DNA of 64,000 nt from Lama guanicoe (lineage: Eukaryota): positions 868,001-932,000 of the forward strand of contig MU053559.1 in assembly GCA_013239625.1 (NCBI GenBank), in the 5' to 3' direction. The position numbers and the translations under genes were made by a program. The notes beneath the pieces were generated by a model, which was given only the letters and a program-made list of their open reading frames with translations, had not been told where the DNA came from and did not search any database. Numbering within the stretch: the stretch's first letter is position 1; every line of letters starts with the position of its first letter. Positions 1-10,624 of the stretch are shown here, piece after piece.

Positions 1-1017
1 ATTCAAGTCTACCATTTGAGACATACCAACACCCACTGGCAGCATTACTGGACACACCTCCTCTGGCACTGGAGGCTTGGCTGGGGCTGGCAAAGGCAGA
101 TGTGGCAGAGGACCCAGTTCTCTCCTGGCAACCCTGCAGGTGTGAAATGGGCACAACCAGACAGGGGCTCAATGGGCAAAGCTGGCTGGAAAGGGAAGAC
201 CCAGAGCAAGGTGGTAGCAGGAGAGCAGATGTGATGGGGCAGGTCTAGCGGGAGACAGACGGACCCGGATTGGACTGGCAGGGGCCAAGGCTGACAGAAA
301 GGGTTGGGACCTCATGGTATGGTAAAGAGTGGACCAAGATGGGTGGGGGCAGGGGCACGACTGCCGTGACAACTTGAATTCTCAGCATTCCAAAGCAGAA
401 TCATCAGGGAGGTCGTCTCACACTCACCTATTCCCCCATCCCAACATTTTCCCAGCACCTCTGGCCTGGGGAGTATTAACAATTACACAGAAGTCGGTCA
501 AAGTACACTCATCAGGTGCCAATTACATACCTGATGGCCTGGGATGGGGGACTGTGGGGAACAAGGGTCACTGGCACCTAAGGTCACGTCTCCCCTGACA
601 GAAAAGGACTCACCAAGCAGCCCAGCCACCAACTACCACCAACTGTAGTTGAAGTTTTGGAACTGGGTCCTGTGGCCAGAGAGACAAGCTGAAGGGCTAT
701 CAGGGGATATTAAAATCTCTTGTTCTTCTAAAATTTGTAAATATAACTCTGAACAGTGGGAGATGAGGGCAGGGCAGATCCCCTGGCCTCGCCCAGGTTC
801 AGGATAATAAGGGGGATAGAAGAACGGACAGAAATTTTGAGGACCACTCTCCCAAGGAGGCATAGACAGAGACAGGAGACCAAACAGTGAACAGAGAAGC
901 ACCGAGAAACTCTGAGATGCCCGAGAAAAAAGTGGTGAGAGAAAGAGGTATGTAAAGAATTCACGGAATGCCACCCTTGCAGAGGGTGTTAAGTACAGGA
1001 CCTCAGTTGAGCAGGGC

Positions 1018-4000
1018 TCAGTTGTCCACTTTGGAGCGCAGGTCGCTGGTGAGTGGGTCATGCTGGATGGTCTGGTGAAGCATCAGGGCCAGCAGCCCTG
1101 CCCGATTCATCATGGCTGTGCGCACCTTCTGCTCCAGCCCCATCAGCTCTTCCAGCTTGTGCAGCTGTGAGCGGGTGAGTGTGAGAGGGGGCTTCTAGAC
1201 CCAATCCCGCCCCTCAGCCCCACTCAGCCTCATAGCCTACCGTGCGCACACGCTCTAGGTCCACCTCGGCACGTCTCAGCTTCTCCCAGCAGTAATGGAG
1301 GCTGCACAGGTGTTTGGGGAGGCGACAGAAATCACCAGTGGACTCAAAGACATTTTGCATTAGTGGGCAACCACACACCTCATCCTCAGGTACCTGCGGG
1401 CAAGAATGAAGGATGATGGAGGAGGGTGGCAATGGAGGGTGAAAAGGCAGGCAAGATGAGAGGAAGAAGGGAAAGGAGGGCAGTCTGGCATGTAGGAGAG
1501 GAATGGGGAGGGACCTGGCAGGGGGGATGAGAGGAACTCAGTGATTAAGTAAAGGAGAGGGGGCAAAACGGGGGTGATCAAGCACGAAGGATGGAAGAAG
1601 AAGTTAAGCAGGGATGTAGGAATGGAGGTGATCCAGCAGGAAGGGCAGAAGAACAGAAAGAGGTCAAAGAGGAAGGAGAAGAAGGATGGAGGGGAGGTCT
1701 GACAGGGAGAATTAGATGAATAGGGACTGGTAAGACACTGGAGGAGGCGAGGGATGAAATTGGAGGGTGGGAGGTACAGGGACTGATTAAACATGGAGGG
1801 AGAAGGGATTAAGGAGATGATAGGCAGGGAGAAGGTGATTGGGGCAGTGAGGCAGGGAGAATAGGAATGGAGGGAAGTCAGAAAAAGAGAAGAGAGGAAT
1901 TGAGGGTGGCCATGCAGGGAGGAGGGGAGGAAGGTGGGGTGGTCAGGCAGGGGCTGGGAAAAGAACAGAGGATGGGCAAGCGAGGAGATGGGAACAAGAG
2001 GGAATGGTTATGAAGAAGGGAGCAGAGGAATGGAGGCTGGTCAGGCGGAGACAGAGAGAAATGGGGGGCGGGCGGCTCAGGCAAGGAGGTTATGAATAAA
2101 TAAATAGCAGCCAGGCAGAGAGGAAAGTAAGGCTGGAAGGTGACTTGGCCATGAGGAAAGGGGAGTATAGGGTGGTTAGGAAGGGAGGAGGGGACACAGC
2201 GGGGTTGGTCAGGAGGTCTGAAGGCATTCAGGCAGATGGAAGAAGGGATGGAGGCAATCAAGTACGGAGGACAAGAGGAAGAGGGTGGCCAGGTAGGGAG
2301 GAAGGGAGGAAGGGAGGTTGATGAGGTTGAGAAAGAAAAGGCTCACCTTGGGGTCCTTTGAGTGCTCAGGGCATAGCACCTGGAGCCGCTTACAGTATCT
2401 CTTACTTTGTGGGTTGTAAACATCACAGAAGAGCCTTGTGGCTCTAGGGAGAGGGTCAAAGTGAGAAACTAAGGGTCAGGAGGAGGGTGATCCCACCCTG
2501 TACCCTGCTGACACTTTGTCCCCAACGTCACCCATACCCTGCCCCTAACCCACCTACCTCTGTCTCAGAGCCCACCCACATCCTGCCCCTGATCTTGCCC
2601 ACCCTGCTCCCGCCCCTGCCCACATCATGCCTTTGACCCTGAGTAGCACCCACACTCACCCTTCAATGCAAGTGGGGTACAAGGATCCAAAGGTCGACTT
2701 GCACTCATACTGGGGAAAGAGAGTAGAAATGGGAGGAACTGTGGACATAGACCAAATGCCCTCCCATGACAGAGCCCCAAACAACCCATTTGTCCCCTGT
2801 GGACCCTATGCTGTCTGCCCAGTTAATGCCCCTGCCACCAGTAGCTGATGCCCAAATCTTGGCCCTTATACTGGGGATGGAAGAAAAGCACAAATGGGTA
2901 GAGCCATGGGTGTGTGTTGTATTCTTATCTACAACAAACGCCCAGGTACCAAACCTGCCCCCGCTCCCCAGGGACTCCACCCAGCCAAAAACACCCTTGC
3001 CCCATCTGCTCCCAGCCAATGCCCCAACCTTGACAAAGCAGCGCTCCATGTGGTGCAGGGCAACATGCACACTGATGGCTTGCCCGCAGGAGACACAGAA
3101 GATCTGCAGGTCGACACTGTTCCTGCCAGGTTTGTTGCTCTGCATAGGACAACAGAGGGGACAGCGAAGCAGTGCAGAGTGGGGATGGCAAGGCAAGATA
3201 CCAGGCACCTTTCGGCTCCACCCCACCCATTCCCACTCACCTCTTCATCTTCGCACACAGCCTGCTGCTTGCCACGCAGAATGATGGCCTCAAGTTCGCT
3301 GAAATGGCACTCTAACTCCTTCAGGCGAGTGTGGGTGTCCTGCTGTTCACGGTGGATGCGCTCGAGCATTTTCTTGCCAAGCTCCTCAGCAATGCAGGGG
3401 CTCTTCTGCCACTGCTGGATGCTCTTGGGCAGGATCTCATAGATGCGGCTGGAAGGGGGGACAACAAGAAATGGGTATGTGGGGGCATTCAAAGAAGAAG
3501 AAATGGATGTGTGACCAAATAGTGAAGATTTAGGCTAATGAATGGTAGATGAGTGATTGTTGGTGAGTGAGTGATTAAATGGTGGACGGTTGCCTGGATA
3601 GGTAGATAGCTGAGTGAGTAATGATGACTGAGTGGGTTGGTGGGTGGAACGTGGATAGGTGGTTCAGCAGGTAGGTGGATGTAAGAATGGACAGATCGGT
3701 GGGTGGAGGGATAAATGATAGGAGGATACTTGGGTATAGGAGGGTGGATGGACCTACCCTCCACACCCTGTTCCTTAATCCCAGTGCACTCACTCAGCTG
3801 CCAGCTTCATGCCACAGTCATTCGAGCAGTACTTGGAGCCTGGCCGGGTGGGAAACACACAGCCGGGTCCCAGGCACTGCCGCAGCGAGGCTGAGTCGTT
3901 GACTTTTGACTGCTCTGGGTCTTCACACTCTCCCTTGAGCTTCTGCTTCTGGTTCTTCTCCTTCTGTGGGACACAAGTGGTCAAGGCCAGGACAGGGGAG

Positions 4001-4131
4001 TCAATGTCAGCCCCCTGACCCTGTACTCCTGTCCTGCATCCCGCCCCCAACCTCTGCCTCCATGCCCCCCACTCCACCATTTCTGTCACCTTCCACTCCA
4101 CTTTTCTCTTCAAATTCTCCATTTTCTTCAT
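1018..4131 (-). CDS. CXXC1/CFP1-like paralog, N-terminally truncated 325-aa ORF (position matches human CXXC1P1); coding status unproven
   Basis: Minus-strand exons 4131-4090 (MKKMENLKRKVEWK), 3963-3794 (..QCLGPGCVFPTRPGSKYCSNDCGMKLAA), 3448-3241 (RIYEILPKSIQQWQKSPCIAEE..), 3139-3029 (..DLQIFCVSCG..HMERCFVK), 2709-2660 (YECKSTFGSLYPTCIEG), 2443-2347 (ATRLFCDVYNPQSKRYCKRLQVLCPEHSKDPK), 1393-1241 (VPEDEVCGCP..HYCWEKLRRAEVDLERVRT), 1164-1018 (..NRAGLLALMLHQTIQHDPLTSDLRSKVDN*). All 7 introns are GT-AG with compatible phases and there is no internal stop. Peptides match the C-terminal half of CXXC1 as I recall it. The start codon is inferred. Confidence 0.75.
1396..2340. repeat. GA-rich polypurine/polypyrimidine low-complexity intron
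   Basis: The + strand is almost entirely G/A runs (ggag, gaag, aggg) over ~950 bp. Confidence 0.75.
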
Positions 4132-4588
4132 ATCCACTGCTTGGTTCTGCAGTCAGAATCTAAGAACCGGAACCCTTCAATGTTATTCATCCAGGGTTGT
4201 AGGCCAGGAAAAAGCTGATGTCTCTGCAACCTGTTTCTTAAGGGATCTTTGGGCCCTCCCTGCCTCCTCTCTCCTCATTGCTGACCCTCCCTGTCTTCAC
4301 TGTCCCCATCCTTCTACCCAGGGGCCCTGCCAGACACTTATCAGGCTTTGATTGTCAAAAGTCTCTTATGCAAAACTCCTGGTATAAGTTTCAGTCCTGA
4401 GGCAGGTCCTTTTCAGACAACAACTGGTGTGGAGCTGTTGTCTGAGGTGCTTCCTTTACTGCCAGTGGCATCACCACCACCTGGTACTCCTAGGACAGCC
4501 CAGACTTCTGCAGTTGAGGCAGCTGTGACTGAGTGGGCAGCTGCCAGTGGGACCATGGCAAAGTTTCCGATGGTGTTACAGGTAAGAG
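4132..4588 (-). pseudogene. Decayed upstream exons of the CXXC1-like gene (acidic/central region)
   Basis: 4588-4342 reads LLPVTPSETLP..LS*EYQ..VKEAP..LSEKDLPQD*NLYQEFC, homologous to CXXC1 LSPVTPSESLP..VKEPP..LSDEDLPLDPDLYQDFC. It has stops at 4492-4490 and 4393-4391, a frameshift near its end and the donor ATAAGT. The next exon (PWMNNIEGFRFLDS, from ~4196) has acceptor CAA instead of CAG and a 1-nt frameshift at ~4152. Confidence 0.8.
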
Positions 4589-5119
4589 CTGAAGGGCAGA
4601 CTCTCGCACCGGCTCCACTCCCCCATCCATCCTGTGTCCTGGATCCACCAGAGACCAGGGATTACAAAAAGGGTTTCTGTGCTGATGGGAGGAGGGCTCT
4701 GGGTCAGCACTAAGCGGGTGGGGAGGGGCTCATCTTGCCCCAGCACTCCTGGCCTCACTCTCTGGCCACTGTGGCTGGGGCCCACAGCATCGGCCTGGAT
4801 ACACCTGGGAATGACTGGCACCACCTGGCCCTGCTTGCCCACCTTATTCAGGCACACTTGGCTAGTCTATCTGGCTCCACCTTGCCCACTCAAATGCATA
4901 AGGCCCTGCCTATCCACCCAGAAAAACTAGACTTTACCTCCTTACACTTGCACGGCTCAGCCTGCCTTGCTCACCCTCCAGGACACACCTGCTACCCTGC
5001 TTGCCCTGCACAGTGGACCCTGACAAGCCCCCTCTGCCCAGCCCGCCAGAACACTCATGGCCCCGCCCCTAGACACGTTCTGCCTATCTTGTTGCCCCGC
5101 CCCATAGGCCTAGTCTCTC

Positions 5120-5400
5120 CAGGCTCCACGTGCCCGACTCTGCCCTCTTGGACACTCTCTGTCTCGCCTTAAGGCTCCCAGCGCTAAGTGCCCCATACGC
5201 TGCACCAGGGCAAACCCAGCCCTGCCCTGTGCCAGGCCCTGCCCCCTTCCCACACTCTCTCAGCTTCATATGCCCCGCCCCACTTCCTGCACATGCGCTG
5301 TTCTGGTTCTGCCTTACCTCCCACGTGATGAGCCAGGCCAGCACCACCACGTACGTGCACACGCCCTGCGCCCACCACATGCACACACCACGCGGTGCCC
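5120..5400. promoter_or_regulatory. CpG-enriched candidate promoter/regulatory patch upstream of the CXXC1-like gene
   Basis: E-boxes CACGTG at 5127-5132 and 5322-5327, GC box at 5273-5280, ETS-like CACTTCCTG at 5281-5289, NRF1-like TGCACATGCGC at 5288-5298. Confidence 0.4.
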
Positions 5401-6068
5401 CAACTGCCCTGATTCACTCACCTAGAATAATTTGGCAATCTTTATCCTGAAAAGTACTCCTACCTGAACCCAGTAACACTTAGTAAAATATAAAAATATA
5501 CATATTTTGGAAAATGCGTGTGTTATACACATACAAATCACTACTCTTGGAGATAAAAAGAGCAAGCACACACATACACAGAAAGAATATACACTTTTTG
5601 ATTAAGACAATTATCAACTGGAGAACACATACTATTTTCGAGCTAGAGATGCAATATTAATAAAAATTGACGATGGACATAGTCTTAAAGGAAGTCTAAA
5701 CAATTTCCAATGACTAAGTACACATAGGGCACAGATAAGTTGCATTAGAAACAAAAGGCTTAACTTTTGAGAATTGAAAAGGCATTTCTAAGTAACTCTT
5801 GGTAAAAAGAAAACTAACTGAAATTAGAAAATACTTAGAAATTAAAAATGAAAACAATACATACCCACCTGCGGTCTTAGATGGAACTTTAAGATGACAA
5901 TATAAGAAGAAAGACGGAAGTTAAGAATCTGAGCACTCAAATTAGAACAAGTCCCCGTATTTACACCAAAGATCCCGATTATTAACCCCCACATCCCCTT
6001 CAATGACCCCACACCCACCCCTCCAATTAAAAAACCCACAGTCCCTCCTCAAAGCCCTCACAAGATAC

Positions 6069-6200
6069 CTCAGCGCCGCGGAATGGGCGCTACACCGTGG
6101 AGAGCCTCATGGCAGGTGCAGCGAAAACGCTAGAAGAGTTACTTCCGGCTCCGGAATCAACTTCAGCCTCGCCCCTTCTTGAACTTGTTACGTTTGCGCT
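6069..6200 (-). promoter_or_regulatory. Small CpG-rich promoter / candidate non-coding first exon on the - strand
   Basis: ETS site CCGGAAGT (6148-6141) plus CCGGAA at 6151-6156, a CpG cluster, and donor GAG|GTATCT after 6069. Confidence 0.45.
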
Positions 6201-7269
6201 TGCTCAAGACCCCTTGTGGAGCTGCTGTGCTACCCAAAATTTGAAGGACATGGTTACAGAGAAATCATACGGCCAGGTGCGCGCCAATCTGCAGAACACT
6301 GTCACAGGCCTCAATGGATACATTTGTCTCTTCTGACACCAGCACCTCACTGTATCGCGTATTGGAGTGACTGATCATTGTATTACTGTATGTGGCAGAA
6401 AAGTTGATCCCCTTATCATTTCCAAATATTTTGAATAATTTCATATTATTACTATTGTAATATGTATTATTTTAATCATGAGGTAGACAATGAGAAAAAC
6501 AAGCAAAAACACATAAATCAATATTTAAAAGTCAAGAAAGTAGAAAAAGATTTAGGAAATGGCAGGAAAAATAGAAAGCAAAATGTAAGAAGGTAGGAAT
6601 ACGTTCACATTTGAAATTCATGTATTTATTACATAATCAGTAATAAAAATTGTTAATGGGATATACTCTCCAGTTAAAGTCAGAGATTGTCATTTTGGAT
6701 GAAAATTAACAAATCTAGCCATATGGTGTTTATGCCAGACCTAGCAAATCATAAGGATACAGAAATATTTGGTTTTTGTTTTTTGAGGGTTTTGGTGGGG
6801 GGCATGACATCTTTATTTTCACCAGTCTCTAGTTGAAAGTTAGCATTTGCTTCAATTATGAATGTAGGCAATAAACCACCATAGAATTTGCCATTGACAG
6901 AAATTGCAGTTATTTTCAAATCTCCTGACAGTTGTTACAGATTTCTCAGAATGTCATACATGCACATCAATACAGTGAAATCACAAGAGTTTATTAGATC
7001 AACGCTTGGGCTAAAGAAGCAAATATACTACTCTATCACACATTCTTCTAGTGTTTAGACAACTGTTTTGATATAATTTGTTTCCTTTGCTATCCTATGT
7101 ATTTTATTTTATTAATTTTTTAGAGCTTTGCCTTTTAAACTTACACAGTTATCAAAGAAATAAAGACAACTACAAAATAAGAATCAACAGAACGCAGTAA
7201 CCCAATCATAAAGGACAGTCAAATGTGCTTACACATATTCAAGAAATTAATCATCTAAGTTATAAACAA

Positions 7270-8070
7270 GTAGTTCATTTGTGTCCTTTTTTTAAGATTC
7301 CAAATATAAGTGATATTGTACGGCATTTTTCTTTCTTTTTCTGGCTTACTTCACTTAGAATGACGATCTCCAGGTCCATCCATGTTGCTGCAAATGGCAT
7401 TATTTTATTCTTTTTATAGCTGAGTAGTATTCCTTGGTGTATATATATATACTACATCTTCTTTATCCAGTCATCTGTTGATGGACATTTGGGTTGTTTC
7501 CATGTCTTGGCTATTGTAACTAATACTGCTATGAACACTGGGGTGCATGTGTCTTTTTAAATTACATTTTTCTCTGGGTACATGTCCAGGAGTGGAATTG
7601 CTGGATCATATGATAGGTCTATTTTTAGTTTTTTAAGTGACCTCCATACTGTCCTCCATAGTGGCTGCACCAATTTACATTCCCACCAACAGGGTAGGAG
7701 GGTTCCTTTTTATCCACACCCTATCTAGCATTTATCGTTTGTAGACTTTTTAATGACGGTCATTCTGGCTGGTGTGAGGTGATATCTCATTGTAGCTTTG
7801 ATTTGCATTTCTCTAACAATTAGTGATGTTGAGCATCTTTTCATGTGCTTGTTGGCCATCTGTCTGTCTTCTTTGGAGAGATATCTATTTAGGTCTTTTG
7901 ACCATTTTTGGATTGGGTTGCTTGTTTTTTTGATGTTAAGATGTATGAGCTGCTTGTATATTTTGAAAATTAGTCCCTTGTAGGTCAATCATTTGCAAAT
8001 ATTTTCTCCCATTCTGTAGGTTGTCTTTTCGTTTTGTTGATGGTATCCTTACCTGTGCAAAAAAAAGGAT
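7270..8070 (-). mobile_element. LINE-1 3' fragment
   Basis: ORF 7725-7988 ([29 protein letters not shown]) is the L1 ORF2 C-terminus, followed by typical 3' sequence. Confidence 0.9.
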
Positions 8071-10344
8071 ACAGAAACATTTGAAACAACGGGATGGAAG
8101 AAAATTTGCCAGGTACATGCTAATCAAGATAAAGCAAGGTCAGTTATATTAATATCAGACTAAAAATACTAAGACAAAAAGGTATTAATTGGGATTGAAA
8201 GAGTCATTACATAATGATTTACTTCACCATGAATATGTAAAAAGTTCAATCTTATACACGATTTAAATGGTATAAAATGAATATAAAGGAATAAATATTA
8301 GAACAAAAAGTAAAATAGAAAAAAGTATTATCATTGTGGATGATTAAAACCACACTTCCCTCAAGACCCAGCTTTGGCATCACCATCTGGGAAGCTCTCT
8401 CTACTTCCTTTCCATCTGGATGACCAGCCTCTCTTCTGAATGAATTTATGGACATAATTATATAGCAAGATTGTTTCTTTAATTTTAGTCTTGAAATTAA
8501 GAAGGAAATGGAGGCATTTCCTGAACCTCACACCTGTTTTCTGTCTGTCTTCTTCACTAGAAATGAGGGCAAGGACAATGTTGGTCTTGATCACTACTGG
8601 TTGCCCAGTGTCCAGTTTATACATGACACACAAGAGTGTCCAGTAGCCAATGATGATCAAAAGAATGCACCAGGGACCCTGCCTGGTGTTGCAAAGTGGT
8701 AAGTTATTGAAATCTATCTGGCTCCATATTATTCCTTGAAGAGAAAAGCAAATATATACTGTAACTTACATTAGAGTTACATTTGACTAACCAAGCAAAG
8801 TTTAAAAAAAAATTAAGGTCTTGCTTTTAAGAAGCTATTTTCCTGATCCAAGCCTAGCATCTAAAGACAGTATCCCCAAATAAATCTTCACAGTTTTTAT
8901 TAAATCCAGTTTAGGGATTGGGGCAGGAAGTAAGAAATCTGAGCTGAACTCAGAAGCAGTCCGTGAACTCTAAAGAAAGTAGTACCTCTCTATGGTCGTG
9001 AATGTTTATATCCACTACTTGTGTTGTTCAAACTAATATTTTAACTTTTCTTTGAATTATTTTTCGTCACTGTGGCCCACACAAATGAATCTTTGTCAGC
9101 TTTTTGCTCTTCTTCACCTCTGACTTCAGACCTACTTCTCCAATATCTCCTGTCTCTTTACTGCTGTCTTCTTTCATTCCCAATTCCACAGCCTTGGTTC
9201 AGGTTTCCCATTATTTTACACCATAATGAACTCCTGCCTCTGAGATGTGGCTGGCCAATCCATTTTGCTTCCAGGGTTGCCTTCCCAGAGGGCCACATAT
9301 GAAAAAATATATCACTATTCTCCTTGGCAATCTTCTCTGGATTCCCAGGGTGTTCAGAATCAGTTCTCCTCTCCATGACATGTCCATCAAAGTTCTCTAT
9401 GATAGGCCCCACTTTCCTGTGACAGAAAGTCCTCTTCCCAGGCCCTCCAGGTGTCAAACACTCAGGACATCATGGATAGTCACTATCTTGTCTATCCAGT
9501 CTGGGCTTCCACATTCTGGGACTTTGCTCAGGCTTGTCCTTCTCTTTTGCTAATTCTTGCTCACCCTTCAGGACTCGGTTTTGGCATCACCATCCGGAAA
9601 GCTCCCTCTACTTCCTTTCCAACCAGATGATCTGATTCTCCTCTAAATGCACTTGCGGTGATAATTTCAATAGTGAATGGTGTCCCTTTTATTTTAACCT
9701 CAGAATTATAAAGGATGGGGAGAGCTGCCTGTACTTGTCTGTTTCGTATTTGTTTTTGCCTGTCAACATTCTGCTGATTTTTCAAGGCTAAGCTCAGATG
9801 CCTGCCCCATTGGGAAGTCTTCCCCAAACCCCTTGCTCCTCCTTCTTCGGTTTTCCCACAACATCTCTGTCATTCTGCTTTGTGTCACTGTGTGAGATGC
9901 CGGTATCTCTTCTCTATCAGACAGTGAAGGCAATGCTGGAGTGTGAATGACTCCCAGCCCAGTGATCCTATGACAGTTGCTGGTGATTCTTGACTTACTT
10001 CCGTGGTCTCTTCTGACTTCCCAGATAGACTAGATGCTAACCACTTTCTGAGAAAAAGAGTGTATCTTTAGAGACAAACACTATAATGGCCCTCCAGAAA
10101 GGATGGAGGAAGAACATGAACCATGCCAGGAGGAGGTACTGTAAATTTAACCTTTCTCTGCAGACTATTTCTGTACTTATAATTTTGGTTTTTATAACAT
10201 CCAATAAATCAATATTTTCTTTTATGAATCATAACTAAAATCCTTTGCTTAACTGAAGGTCACAAAGATTTTCTCCTATATTTTCTTTCAAAAGCTTTAT
10301 AATTTTATATTTTACCTATAAGTCTGTGATTGGTCTAAATTAAT

Positions 10345-10455
10345 TTTTTAATTTTAATTTATTATCATTATTTTTAATGGTGGTACTAGGATTGAACCCA
10401 GGACCTTATGCATGCTAAGCATGCACTCTACCAGTGAGCTATACTCTCCTCTCCC
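10345..10455 (-). mobile_element. Short tRNA-derived SINE (camelid vic-1-like)
   Basis: Reverse complement gives tagctcactggtagagtgcatgcttagcatgcataaggtcctgggttcaatcc (A and B boxes) with an A-rich tail. Confidence 0.8.
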
Positions 10456-10624
10456 TGAATTAGCTTTTCTATAAGGTGTGAAGTGTAGGTTGAGGTTCAT
10501 CTTGGTTTTTAATTTTTTTGAGTTTTAAATATATATATATTCAATTACTCCAGAATCATTTATTAACAGTGTCCTTTCTCTGTTGAAATGACTTTGCACT
10601 TTATTCAAAAATCAGTTGACTGAA

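Noticed and set aside
1360..2261. Pro/Ser/Leu-rich minus-strand ORFs
   Set aside because: Artefacts of the stop-poor polypyrimidine intron.
4640..4870. Remnant of the CXXC-domain exon
   Set aside because: No CxxCxxC or KFGG motif is recoverable; the similarity is too weak to call.
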